A DNA stretch of 39,981 nucleotides, taken from IMG/VR virus record IMGVR_UViG_3300013307_000673. The stretch is one strand, 5' to 3'. The DNA comes from a virus. Its lineage: Duplodnaviria > Heunggongvirae > Uroviricota > Caudoviricetes. A program made the position numbers and the translations under genes. Positions 8,963 to 17,300 of the stretch are shown one piece after another (the stretch's first letter is position 1; each line of letters begins with the position of its first letter). Below the pieces are notes generated by a model that saw only the letters and a list, made by a program, of their open reading frames with translations, did no database searches and was not told where the DNA came from.

Positions 8963-8989
8963 TTAAAAATCAGGATGTTCGTCGTGCAT
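8963..8989 (-). CDS. minigene MHDEHPDF
   Basis: AAGGAGG RBS, 8 codons, paralog of adjacent minigene. Confidence 0.55.
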   Translation of the reverse strand: MHDEHPDF

Positions 8990-9028
8990 AAAGCCTCCTT
9001 TTTATTGATAATAAATATACTTGCTTAT

Positions 9029-9055
9029 TTACAGATCTGGTCGCTCATCTCGCAT
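9029..9055 (-). CDS. minigene MRDERPDL
   Basis: TAAGGAG RBS, 8 codons, paralog of adjacent minigene. Confidence 0.55.
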   Translation of the reverse strand: MRDERPDL

Positions 9056-9071
9056 AGCTATAACTCCTTAC

Positions 9072-9236
9072 TTAGTCGAACTTTAAGTGTATACCACTTG
9101 CGATTAAAATGCCAGCAAAAATTAGCCATCCCCAGCCTTTTCTTTTATGATAAGCGAGAATCGTAGCACCAACAAAGCAGGAGATAGGAATGCCACAGGC
9201 GAAGATGATCATAACAATATCTCTTAGTTCTTTCAT
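9072..9236 (-). CDS. small two-TM membrane protein (54 aa, GWGW motif)
   Basis: MKELRDIVMIIFACGIPISCFVGATILAYHKRKGWGWLIFAGILIASGIHLKFD; AAGGAG RBS. Confidence 0.75.
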   Translation of the reverse strand: MKELRDIVMIIFACGIPISCFVGATILAYHKRKGWGWLIFAGILIASGIHLKFD

Positions 9237-9278
9237 GAATATCTCCTTTAAAATAAAAACGCCCCGAAGGGCGCTCTG

Positions 9279-10124
9279 TTAAGCATCGGCGCTTACTTTC
9301 TCAATCACTTCAAACTTTGAAGGATTCTTGAAAAAAGCGTGAGTTTTATCATCTTTTGCTAACGAGAAGTTTGCATTAAACTCAACCATCATACCTACAA
9401 CGTTATCCTTGCCTAAGTTAGCAACCTTAGCAGGCAGAGTGCCATAAACGGTTGCCTTGTTTTCAAGCTCAATCATCACCTTATCAGCATAGATAGTTGA
9501 GTTATAAACCTGATAAGTTGGACGTGCTGACATGCTCAGGATTTTACCACGAACATGGGCCTTACCTTCTGGCGCATTGCCCTTCAGAGCTTTACTCGCA
9601 ACAATCGCTTCCTGACGTGCTTTCTCAACATATTCCATCTGCTCAGAGATGAAAGCATGGAAATGCTTAGCCAGTGTGCCACCTTCAATCCACGCATAGC
9701 GAACTTTATTGCCTTTCTCTTCCCACTCTTTACCAAACGATACCGCAACATCAAAGACGGGTTTACAATCTTCAATCATCGCCTTAACCGCATCATTGAC
9801 CTTTACTTTAAACTTAGACGAAAAATCTTTTACGTGCTTACCTACTTTGTCCGTGAATGGATCATCAAGGAAAGGCAGGAACTCACCTTTACCAAACAGC
9901 GTATCTGAATAATCTTTATGACCGTAATCCCATTTATGAGCATTTGGCATCATATAGCCATCGCATGGTGCATGAAGACGACCCGTGTTATCAACATTCG
10001 GAGCCATACCGTTATTAGATTCAGAATAAGCAGCTTCCAGACGCGCACGATATTTAGCATAGTTTGCGTTCAGCTCATCTACTTTAGCCTGCATTTTAAT
10101 AAAAATAGGATTCATCGTCTTCAT
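9279..10124 (-). CDS. hypothetical protein with possible C-terminal OB-fold
   Basis: VRGKILS...KVMIELEN...VYGTLP...VEFNANF pattern; own promoter and terminator. Confidence 0.7.
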   Translation of the reverse strand: MKTMNPIFIKMQAKVDELNANYAKYRARLEAAYSESNNGMAPNVDNTGRLHAPCDGYMMPNAHKWDYGHKDYSDTLFGKGEFLPFLDDPFTDKVGKHVKDFSSKFKVKVNDAVKAMIEDCKPVFDVAVSFGKEWEEKGNKVRYAWIEGGTLAKHFHAFISEQMEYVEKARQEAIVASKALKGNAPEGKAHVRGKILSMSARPTYQVYNSTIYADKVMIELENKATVYGTLPAKVANLGKDNVVGMMVEFNANFSLAKDDKTHAFFKNPSKFEVIEKVSADA

Positions 10125-10147
10125 TCCTGTTTGGTTAACTGACAATA

Positions 10148-10176
10148 AGTATAGCAATATCCCGGATTATGCACAA
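10148..10176 (-). promoter_or_regulatory. sigma70 promoter, TTGTGCAT family
   Basis: TTGTGC-N17-TATACT. Confidence 0.8.
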
Positions 10177-10182
10177 GCATTT

Positions 10183-10443
10183 TTAACGCAGATTAATAAA
10201 ATAACCCGAAAGCCCTTCGGTGTTTTTCTGATGATGATATTGATAAAACTCTTCAACCTTCAGAGGCCAGTTCTTTAGCTTATGTCGAATCATAAAAGAG
10301 GAGCGAATCACACCTGTAAATACTCTCAGGGAATCTTTTTCAGGATTTAGCTTTTCTATTAAATCATCAAGCTCCGACAACTTCCGATCCTGTATAAGCC
10401 CCATAACTTGACGCATGAGTTGTCTGACATATTCTCTTTCCAT
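10183..10443 (-). CDS. hypothetical protein
   Basis: 86 aa ORF with GGAG RBS. Confidence 0.75.
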   Translation of the reverse strand: MEREYVRQLMRQVMGLIQDRKLSELDDLIEKLNPEKDSLRVFTGVIRSSFMIRHKLKNWPLKVEEFYQYHHQKNTEGLSGYFINLR

Positions 10444-10501
10444 TATTTCTCCAGGTATACACTAAAGCCACATTCTTGTGGCTTTTACGTGTACTTATAC
10501 T

Positions 10502-10783
10502 TTAAAAGAAAGAGTTTCTCAACAAAATCAGGCTGTATACACAGTAAAGCTTTGTTTTATTTATGCGAGATATTTTCTTGTCTTTGAGAGACAGCAGTTT
10601 CAGCAGGGTTTTATGTTTAACCAGAGCACTGTAAGCATCATCCCAATGCTTAAAGCTACGATCAATCATCGCGCCTTTTTCATTTGCACAATATACAATA
10701 TAGCCATGAGTGCAACCATCCCACAGAATTCGCGTGCCATCTGACAGGTAAGGATGGGAGGAAGTGGTGGTTTTAATCATCAT
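10502..10783 (-). CDS. hypothetical protein
   Basis: AAGGAG RBS before ATG at 10783; promoter-like TGCTATACT upstream. Confidence 0.65.
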   Translation of the reverse strand: MMIKTTTSSHPYLSDGTRILWDGCTHGYIVYCANEKGAMIDRSFKHWDDAYSALVKHKTLLKLLSLKDKKISRINKTKLYCVYSLILLRNSFF

Positions 10784-11012
10784 AATCTCCTTTAAGGCGT
10801 TTAAGTTTATCTCTTTTCTATGAGATAAGTATAGCAAATCAACATCATTCTGCATAGCTTTTTCTTCATTTTATGACATTTTTATTGCGCCCGATCAAAT
10901 CCTATAAAACCTCGACTGCATCACATTAACCCATATCCACACAGATGGTAATTTGCGTAGCTTTTTATTTTATGTTTTAGTAAAAGAGAGAGACATAAAA
11001 GAGGAAAAAAAT

Positions 11013-11267
11013 ATGAATAACATTCACCGAAATCATAAGTTTACCTTTAGCGATAAAAACCTAAATCTGGTTATTATAAATGGACAAGTCTTCTTGGAGG
11101 ATAGTGCAGGAATACCGCAGGACATTAGATTGTTAAATCCCTGTAGACGACGTGTATCACTTCATATCATCAACGCTCTGACAAAAAGCATCAACCCACA
11201 CGTTGTTTTAAGTGTTCTACGTAAGAAAACCTGCTCATTGAAATGGGAGCTGGTAGAAGCTCTATGA
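11013..11267 (+). CDS. hypothetical protein
   Basis: GAGGA RBS before ATG 11013. Confidence 0.6.
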   Translation: MNNIHRNHKFTFSDKNLNLVIINGQVFLEDSAGIPQDIRLLNPCRRRVSLHIINALTKSINPHVVLSVLRKKTCSLKWELVEAL

Positions 11268-11292
11268 AAAATAAGCCCGTGAGGGTATTTAA

Positions 11293-13048
11293 CAGCATAC
11301 TAAAAATCTGAACAAGCCTGCTCATCTCCTTTTAATATCTTAAACAAATATTTGATTATTATGAAAATATAGAATATTGTTGAGGCAACAGGAGGGTATT
11401 ATGGCAGAAAAAGCAAAACAACTCAAAACGTTTTCGCTTCATGAGAAGAATATGAAGTTTGTTGCAATGATGAAAAAAGCTGTCCTGCGATATAAGCACC
11501 TCGAAAATATGTTAAACATCATTCTTAATAAAGAAGCTGAAAGTATCTTTGCCTTGCCTAAAGAAAAAAGAGACTTCTCTTTTTTCAATCTTCTCACCAA
11601 CAGTATCATCATGAAGGCAGTTATCTCTGGCAACAGCGGCGGCGAGAAAACTCAGAGTTCAATTCAAAAATGTAAAACCTTCCTGACCGAAAACCATAAT
11701 GACATCTACCAGCAGTTGCTGTCCGAAGGACAGCAACTTAATGACAAAAATATTTCTCAGATTGTAACACGTTTAGGGAAAGACTGGAAAAACAGTTTTA
11801 AAAATCTCAGTAAATACTATGCCAATCCGGGCAAGTTCACGGGAAAACCAGAGACGCCTAAAACCAAAAAGTTAAGTAAGGTGTTTAACTATTCCGTCCC
11901 ACTGGAAGTCAGCAAGTTTTCCCTGAAGAAAAAAGACCGTTTAGGTATTAATATCTGGAAAAAGATGGAGTATGTATTTTTCCGGGACAATGATTACATC
12001 AAAGATAAAAGAATAAATAACGTGACCATTGCTCTGTCTCACGGTCATATATATTACCAGATTTCTTATGAGAGTAAAGCCGAATCTGAGGAAAACAAGT
12101 TTCAGGAAAAGGCTACTCAACAGGTTTCAGAAAGAAAAGAAAAAGTAGCGGGTTTAGATATTGGAGTACATCATTTGTTTTCATTGTTTGTTAATGATAG
12201 CGATACCGACTCTGTGGTTTACCGTAATTCCAGGATGATACATTATAACTGCTCCTTTAATAAACACATTGCTAAGTTAAACAACGAGCTGACAAAGCAT
12301 GTGTCTGAATACAGGGAAATCACAAAAAAAGACGGTTCGATTTCTCAGGTGCCTGAGAAATATACATCCTATGGTCAGCATATAAGAAAGCAAATGAGCA
12401 ATATGTTTAACGCACGCAATCTTTTCTTTGACGGAGAGATGAATAAGCTGTCTTCGGCATTACTTTCTTATCTGAAAAACAATCATGTTTCTGATTTGGT
12501 AATTTCTAAAAATCTGTCTTTTGTAAAGACGACAGGAAGCATCAAACAGCATAAGAAAACGAAACAGAAGTTTTACCAGATCCCCTTTGGCAGATTGTTA
12601 AATTTGCTTGAAGAAAAAGCGTTGAAATACAGTATTGACGTAGTAAATATCGATGAAAGCTATACGTCAAAAACAAGCAGCCTGACGGCTGATGTAAATA
12701 AAGTAAAACAAATGGCTTTGAGAAAAGAGCCGATTACGCCTGCTGAACTGAATGGTGTTCGTGGTGTAAAGAGGGGAAAAATAACGAGAGGATTATTCCG
12801 GGATAGCATACTGAACACCGTAATCAACGCAGACATCAATGCGGCGGTGAATCATATTAAGGTGGCATTCCCCGAAGCGATATGTGTTAAAATGCTGTTA
12901 GGAAACAGGTTAAAGCTAAATAATCCCCGCAAAGTAAAAAGTGCTAACGAGTTTTCTTTCTTTGTGAAGGGAAATAGTGATAGCAGGAAAAAAGAGGTTG
13001 ATGTTAGTTCACAACCTGCTTTATACGTTCATGATCAGGTTTGATCAC
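11293..13048 (+). mobile_element. non-autonomous IS200/IS605- or IS607-superfamily element carrying only tnpB (ends approximate)
   Basis: tnpB without tnpA; terminal hairpin TGATCA-GGTT-TGATCA then TCAC; separates gene 13064-13681 from a terminator-like hairpin at 11267-11290. Confidence 0.55.
11401..13044 (+). CDS. tnpB: RNA-guided endonuclease TnpB family protein
   Basis: GKPETPK, RuvC-I AGLDIG, FYQIPF, IDESYTSK, RuvC-III INADINAAVN; GGAGG RBS. Confidence 0.9.
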   Translation: MAEKAKQLKTFSLHEKNMKFVAMMKKAVLRYKHLENMLNIILNKEAESIFALPKEKRDFSFFNLLTNSIIMKAVISGNSGGEKTQSSIQKCKTFLTENHNDIYQQLLSEGQQLNDKNISQIVTRLGKDWKNSFKNLSKYYANPGKFTGKPETPKTKKLSKVFNYSVPLEVSKFSLKKKDRLGINIWKKMEYVFFRDNDYIKDKRINNVTIALSHGHIYYQISYESKAESEENKFQEKATQQVSERKEKVAGLDIGVHHLFSLFVNDSDTDSVVYRNSRMIHYNCSFNKHIAKLNNELTKHVSEYREITKKDGSISQVPEKYTSYGQHIRKQMSNMFNARNLFFDGEMNKLSSALLSYLKNNHVSDLVISKNLSFVKTTGSIKQHKKTKQKFYQIPFGRLLNLLEEKALKYSIDVVNIDESYTSKTSSLTADVNKVKQMALRKEPITPAELNGVRGVKRGKITRGLFRDSILNTVINADINAAVNHIKVAFPEAICVKMLLGNRLKLNNPRKVKSANEFSFFVKGNSDSRKKEVDVSSQPALYVHDQV

Positions 13049-13066
13049 ATTTAAAAGAACGGCTTA
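12950..13066 (+). ncRNA. putative TnpB omega/reRNA scaffold plus guide (boundaries uncertain)
   Basis: AGGTTG/CAACCT and AGCAGG/CCTGCT stems and terminal hairpin overlapping the tnpB 3' end, the expected location. Confidence 0.45.
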
Positions 13067-13681
13067 TTGTTTTTCTCGGTTGAATATATCAATAAATGAT
13101 TGTGTTCGCTGATCTTTCTCATCGTTGACGAAACTATAAAGACTTTCGAACTCAAAGCGCTTATTGCTTCTCTGAACACAGTAGCCAAATCTTGCTAAAA
13201 ACCACAGGAAGTTATCCACAATGTAGCAGTGAACAGCTATCCAGTTAAGTTGGTCTTTATCATCCACGACTGAGAAGAAAGGCTTAAAAAAGTCTTTGGC
13301 ATCATGGAAGTCTTTGAGGAAATCAGGAAGATACACCCCTCGGTTCATCCAATCAATAACCTCTTGAGATGGACCTTTATTATTTCTTTGACCACTACGA
13401 TATTCAGCCAATGCTTCATCCACTGACAAGAAAGGCAATCTGGATGAGGAACGCTTTAAAACATAGCCATGAAGTGCAATGAAATCAAGAAACGTAAACG
13501 CGCAATGTTGAGCAAGAGCCTCTGGCAAGATATCATCGCTAAACATATTCAGCTTAGGCCTTTGCATCTTAAAATACAACGCACAGATGATTTCTGTCTG
13601 CTTTTCTTTTCCCTTCAAGAAATCAGGAAGATGATCGCCATCTTTTATCCACTGTTGAAGGCTTTTACTTTGATGCTTCAT
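13064..13681 (-). CDS. hypothetical protein with internally duplicated domain
   Basis: WIKDGDHLPDFLK...FIALHGYVLKRS repeated as WMNRGVYLPDFLK...FLARFGYCVQRS. Confidence 0.85.
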   Translation of the reverse strand: MKHQSKSLQQWIKDGDHLPDFLKGKEKQTEIICALYFKMQRPKLNMFSDDILPEALAQHCAFTFLDFIALHGYVLKRSSSRLPFLSVDEALAEYRSGQRNNKGPSQEVIDWMNRGVYLPDFLKDFHDAKDFFKPFFSVVDDKDQLNWIAVHCYIVDNFLWFLARFGYCVQRSNKRFEFESLYSFVNDEKDQRTQSFIDIFNREKQ

Positions 13682-14102
13682 TTAGAGCACCTCTGTAAGA
13701 TTTGAGGGTTTTCTCAAGTTGGGTTGGCGCTCTTTCCTTAATGGCCTGACGGCTGATTAACAAATAACTTGTTCCAACTCTTGCAGGAAAAAATCGAGGA
13801 TTTTTATTGTAGTCTCGCTCGAAGGCAAAATAGTCAATCGTCTTTACCTGATCTCTGCATTTTTGTTCAAAAACGCTAATATTACCTTGTCCTGTCATTT
13901 TTCCTAAATATTTACACTCAGGCTTCTCTTTATCGATAAAGACAAACATATCTTCTTTATCAAAAGCAGTCTGCGCAAGAACGGCATATCTTGCATCTTT
14001 AAGACTTACGTTAAAATAAGCAGGGAGCGGATCGCCAGCCTGAACTGCACAGGACATCACAAGTCCAGCCAACCCTAAAAATACAGCTATGATTTTTTTC
14101 AT
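13665..14102 (-). CDS. exported protein
   Basis: signal peptide MKKIIAVFLGLAGLVMSCAVQA; overlaps neighbours. Confidence 0.8.
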   Translation of the reverse strand: MKKIIAVFLGLAGLVMSCAVQAGDPLPAYFNVSLKDARYAVLAQTAFDKEDMFVFIDKEKPECKYLGKMTGQGNISVFEQKCRDQVKTIDYFAFERDYNKNPRFFPARVGTSYLLISRQAIKERAPTQLEKTLKSYRGALNEASK

Positions 14103-14389
14103 TTCTTTACCTCGTCTTTATGTTGCGTGTAATCACAAATCCCCTGACTTGTCAGAACATGAGGTTTGCCATCTTTATCATCAAATGTCATGATAGCCTC
14201 TTTAAAGGAGAGATTGCTTACAGAATCATAACTCACTATCACTACGCCATTATTACTAAAACACTTCACGTCATAAAACTTGTTCTTAAAGCTTTGATTA
14301 AGAGAGACGCTTCCGGCATGAGCAAGAGGTGTTGCGAAACCAATCAAGGCAATCATAGTTGATCTCAATATTTCCTTTTTAATAAACAT
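14099..14389 (-). CDS. exported two-cysteine protein (family B)
   Basis: signal peptide ending AHA; VKCFSNNG...FDDKDG...C. Confidence 0.75.
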   Translation of the reverse strand: MFIKKEILRSTMIALIGFATPLAHAGSVSLNQSFKNKFYDVKCFSNNGVVIVSYDSVSNLSFKEAIMTFDDKDGKPHVLTSQGICDYTQHKDEVKK

Positions 14390-14464
14390 ATTATACAGCC
14401 CTTGTTATTTTAATGTGTGAGCAGTTTATCATTTTTTATTGTCCCAAACAAGAAAAAGCCCATA

Positions 14465-14722
14465 TCAATGGGCCACTTGTTCGACTTCTGAGAAACTTTC
14501 GATAAATGAAGCTGTGTAGTCAAGATGCTTACAGGTCTTACGATCCCATGATACATCTCCAGCATAATGATTATCTTTTTTTACATGGACAATCTCAAAA
14601 AAATGACGGCCTTGTATGTATCCAGTATAGAAAGTTGCTTTCTCATTTTCAGAGACGTTTGACACAATCCCTTTATGACTACCACGATTAGTAATGATTT
14701 GAATTGTTGAGCCGACCTGCAT
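14465..14722 (-). CDS. hypothetical protein
   Basis: 85 aa ORF with GAGGGGG RBS. Confidence 0.75.
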   Translation of the reverse strand: MQVGSTIQIITNRGSHKGIVSNVSENEKATFYTGYIQGRHFFEIVHVKKDNHYAGDVSWDRKTCKHLDYTASFIESFSEVEQVAH

Positions 14723-14735
14723 AAAACCCCCTCAT

Positions 14736-14759
14736 GAAAAAGCCTGATTGCTCAGGCTT
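14736..14759 (-). terminator. intrinsic terminator after tRNA-like RNA
   Basis: AAGCCTGA-GCAA-TCAGGCTT plus T run. Confidence 0.85.
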
Positions 14760-14768
14760 GATTGTAGT

Positions 14769-14903
14769 TGGAAGCGTGGCAGGGAATCGAACCCCACTAG
14801 AAATAAAAAAGTTCGCGCTTTTTTACCCCCTTCGAACCATTAAAGGTCCCGCGCCAGACAATACATTCTTCGCGAAAAGTTTATGCACCATCTTGCTCAC
14901 GCT
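14769..14903 (-). ncRNA. tRNA-like RNA (tRNA-Cys-like frame) with ~80 nt insert replacing the anticodon arm
   Basis: 5' AGCGTG pairs with 3' CACGCT-T-CCA; D-loop-like GCAAGATGGTGC; T arm GGGG-TTCGATT-CCCT. Confidence 0.7.
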
Positions 14904-14931
14904 ATTATTCTTTATAAGAGCTTAAGAGGAG

Positions 14932-14958
14932 AGCCTTCTCAGCCTTCTCAGCCTTCTC
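14932..14958. repeat. 9 bp tandem repeat x3
   Basis: agccttctc x3. Confidence 0.9.
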
Positions 14959-14963
14959 AAAAA

Positions 14964-15187
14964 TAAGCCCTGTAGTTCCATCAGCGCAGTATTGCCGAAA
15001 AACTACCCCAGCAAACCATCGCAGCAAAACTACAAAACTTAATGTTTAAAATATAAGCTGGCACACCATTCTTAGCCACCTGAGAATAAACTCATCAACT
15101 AAGACCAACATACGCTACCTTATACTCCTTTTTAACTCTCAACGGCTTCTTTGCCGAGCATCAAAGCCGTTTGATTATTGACTCAGA
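14964..15187 (-). ncRNA. putative structured RNA co-transcribed upstream of the tRNA-like RNA
   Basis: hairpin AACGGCTT/AAGCCGTT and 78 nt G-U-rich hairpin 14964-15041; no long ORF. Confidence 0.5.
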
Positions 15188-15193
15188 GAAAAC

Positions 15194-15222
15194 AGTATAC
15201 CTGTTCCAGATATCTGAATCAA
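15194..15222 (-). promoter_or_regulatory. sigma70 promoter for RNA locus
   Basis: TTGATT-N17-TATACT. Confidence 0.75.
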
Positions 15223-15230
15223 GCTTTTTA

Positions 15231-15553
15231 TTATTTGGCTAAAGATTTATGATGAGCATCGCGATCAAGCATTTTCTGCTTAAGCACTTTACTGACTTTA
15301 GCCAGAGCTTTGTTATAGCCACTCATAAAAACTTTAATCATTTCAGGATCACGAGATTTGCATTTCTCTGACGCCTCAGTAAATGTTATCATCCTGTCAG
15401 ACATCATATCGATTATCTCATTAGGTTCATTAAAAACCGGAACTGGCTCTGTTGTTAACAACACAACCACATCATAGCTTCCTTCCTTGAATCCTTCAAG
15501 GAAGGAAGCGTCTCTCTTCTTCAGATTTCTTTTTCCAGTATTTTTTTAAGCAT
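15231..15553 (-). pseudogene. hypothetical gene frameshifted in an A7 run
   Basis: RBS-led ATG at 15553 joins ORF 15231-15470 only if one A is removed from the run at 15541-15547. Confidence 0.55.
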
Positions 15554-15591
15554 AATGTTTTCCTTTTTAATATTACACTTATAACTATGAC

Positions 15592-15768
15592 TTAATCTTT
15601 TACAAAAATCAACTCTTCGTTTACAAGACTCACCTTATGCTGCTCATCGTTAAGCTCACTCTCAATCGTTACTTCTAGCATCAACTTTCCGACAGCCGCG
15701 ACACTCACAACCTCACCACCAGAAACAAGATCGCCTACTTTTAGCTCATCAGCTCGAATATACATCAT
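15592..15768 (-). CDS. small hypothetical protein (58 aa)
   Basis: MMYIRADELKVGDLV...; GAGGA RBS; ATGA overlap with upstream gene. Confidence 0.75.
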   Translation of the reverse strand: MMYIRADELKVGDLVSGGEVVSVAAVGKLMLEVTIESELNDEQHKVSLVNEELIFVKD

Positions 15769-16085
15769 TTATCCTCTTTATCGATTAAAATATGCTCCAG
15801 TAAAGAATAGCGAATCCTTTTATTGGAGAATGATTCTGGATTTGTCTCAGAATAAGGATCTTTTACCTCATCGTAAGGCACACCTAAAAGATTACAATAC
15901 TCATGCGCCATATAGCGAACACGATCAATATCTTCACTTTTATAAGGCGTCATGCTTCCTTTTTTCTTTCCCATAGAAAGAGTAGAACCACCTTCAGGAT
16001 GTCGAATCTCAAGCCAGAATGTTTCACGATGAGATTCTACCATTTTCAAAATGGAAATTTTAAACCCAAAGTTAGTTAAGCTCAT
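15765..16085 (-). CDS. hypothetical protein
   Basis: 106 aa ORF in operon context. Confidence 0.75.
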   Translation of the reverse strand: MSLTNFGFKISILKMVESHRETFWLEIRHPEGGSTLSMGKKKGSMTPYKSEDIDRVRYMAHEYCNLLGVPYDEVKDPYSETNPESFSNKRIRYSLLEHILIDKEDK

Positions 16086-16214
16086 TTTTTGTTCTTCCCG
16101 TATTTTTTGGATTGTTTTACGCGGTGCTTTTTCGTGCGTCCAACTTTTGTTTTAATTGACCACATCTCGCTATTTTTAGCATTAACAAGAGAGCCGATGA
16201 TAAGTTCAGCCCAT

Positions 16215-16685
16215 TTATTCATCATTGCGTTTCACATGTTTGATTTTTAGAAAACGCTTGCCACCAACCAAACGCTGCAGCTTACGACGCACCGTTCCTT
16301 TGCTATAGGAAGTATTACTATAAACACCTTGCTCTTGACCTTGAAGCTCAGGAACCCGTGTAATCAGCTCATAGCTATGCTGAAAGAATGGACGATATGA
16401 AGCCTCACCAAAAGCGATTTTAGCAGCGTCTTTTACTGAACGGCCTTGTTTCAATAAGGACTGATATTGTTTAAATGCTTCCTTATTGCTATAGCCATAG
16501 TAGTTATCCCGATTTGGCCCCATCTGAAGCATATACTCAGCCTCAGAAAAGTTCAGGACTGCCTTATGTCCTTTAAAACGCGAGCGATACTGTGGCATGA
16601 TCTGAATGTGATTATGCTTATACCGATACATTTTGCCACCCGCAAACTCACCCGTTAAATCACAAACTTTTTCAAACCCTGCCAT
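16215..16685 (-). CDS. hypothetical basic protein
   Basis: GAGGT RBS; own promoter. Confidence 0.8.
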   Translation of the reverse strand: MAGFEKVCDLTGEFAGGKMYRYKHNHIQIMPQYRSRFKGHKAVLNFSEAEYMLQMGPNRDNYYGYSNKEAFKQYQSLLKQGRSVKDAAKIAFGEASYRPFFQHSYELITRVPELQGQEQGVYSNTSYSKGTVRRKLQRLVGGKRFLKIKHVKRNDE

Positions 16686-16717
16686 TTTTACACCTCGTCA
16701 TTATTCGCTTATAACGC

Positions 16718-16746
16718 ATTATACAATACTCATTATTCATGCACAA
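16718..16746 (-). promoter_or_regulatory. sigma70 promoter, TTGTGCAT family
   Basis: TTGTGC-N17-TATAAT. Confidence 0.8.
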
Positions 16747-16802
16747 GCTTTATATTTCACACACAAGAAAAAAGGAGGCCCGCCTCCTTTTAAACATTTT
16801 AC

Positions 16803-17042
16803 TTAGCCCTCACGCTTTTCGAAATAGAGAATGAGATCATGGCTAAGCGTAGCAAGATCTAGAGCCTCTTCGCGAGGAACCATACCTTCGCTTTCATACG
16901 GCTCGACATCAACAATAGAACCAGCCTCGTACATCCCGATTGTGTTTAACACAAGATGCTTATCTTCACCTTCACTTTTTAAAGGCATCAGGTAAACGTA
17001 TTCACGATGACCTAAGCCGGAGTTGCTTTTAATGTAGCGCAT
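16803..17042 (-). CDS. hypothetical protein
   Basis: GAGGA RBS; terminator downstream. Confidence 0.75.
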   Translation of the reverse strand: MRYIKSNSGLGHREYVYLMPLKSEGEDKHLVLNTIGMYEAGSIVDVEPYESEGMVPREEALDLATLSHDLILYFEKREG

Positions 17043-17050
17043 AAATCCTC

Positions 17051-17290
17051 TTATTTTTTATATTTTGTAAATGTGCAGGGATGGCTTGTTTCTCGCTCAA
17101 CACCTTCTGTATCGGTAAAGCTCGTAACCATTCTATTGGAGTATGGTGCCTCATACTCAATCACTTCGCCTTTGAAATCATAACAAGTCAGAGATCCTAT
17201 TGGCGCTTTATGAGTATCAGCAGCTGCAGCGTTATTATCACATGCCGACATCATCATGACAGCACAAGCAATTAGCATAACCTTTTTCAT
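17051..17290 (-). CDS. lipoprotein, two-cysteine family B
   Basis: lipobox MSAC; LTCYDFKG...FTDTEG...PC. Confidence 0.8.
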   Translation of the reverse strand: MKKVMLIACAVMMMSACDNNAAAADTHKAPIGSLTCYDFKGEVIEYEAPYSNRMVTSFTDTEGVERETSHPCTFTKYKK

Positions 17291-17300
17291 TTTTACCTTC

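Noticed and set aside
11013-11267. TnpA transposase for the TnpB element
   Set aside because: No HUH/Tyr or serine recombinase motifs, and a terminator-like hairpin separates it from tnpB
13028-13048. Similarity between TnpB right end (catgatcaggtttgatcac) and the 50 bp repeat (catatcaggtaattaac), suggesting extra guide scaffolds
   Set aside because: Only a 7 nt exact core is shared and the hairpin is not preserved; compatible with chance
14769-14903. Canonical tRNA, tmRNA or group I intron-containing tRNA
   Set aside because: No 7 nt anticodon loop at the expected place; too short for tmRNA or a group I intron; no G3-U70 alanine identity pair
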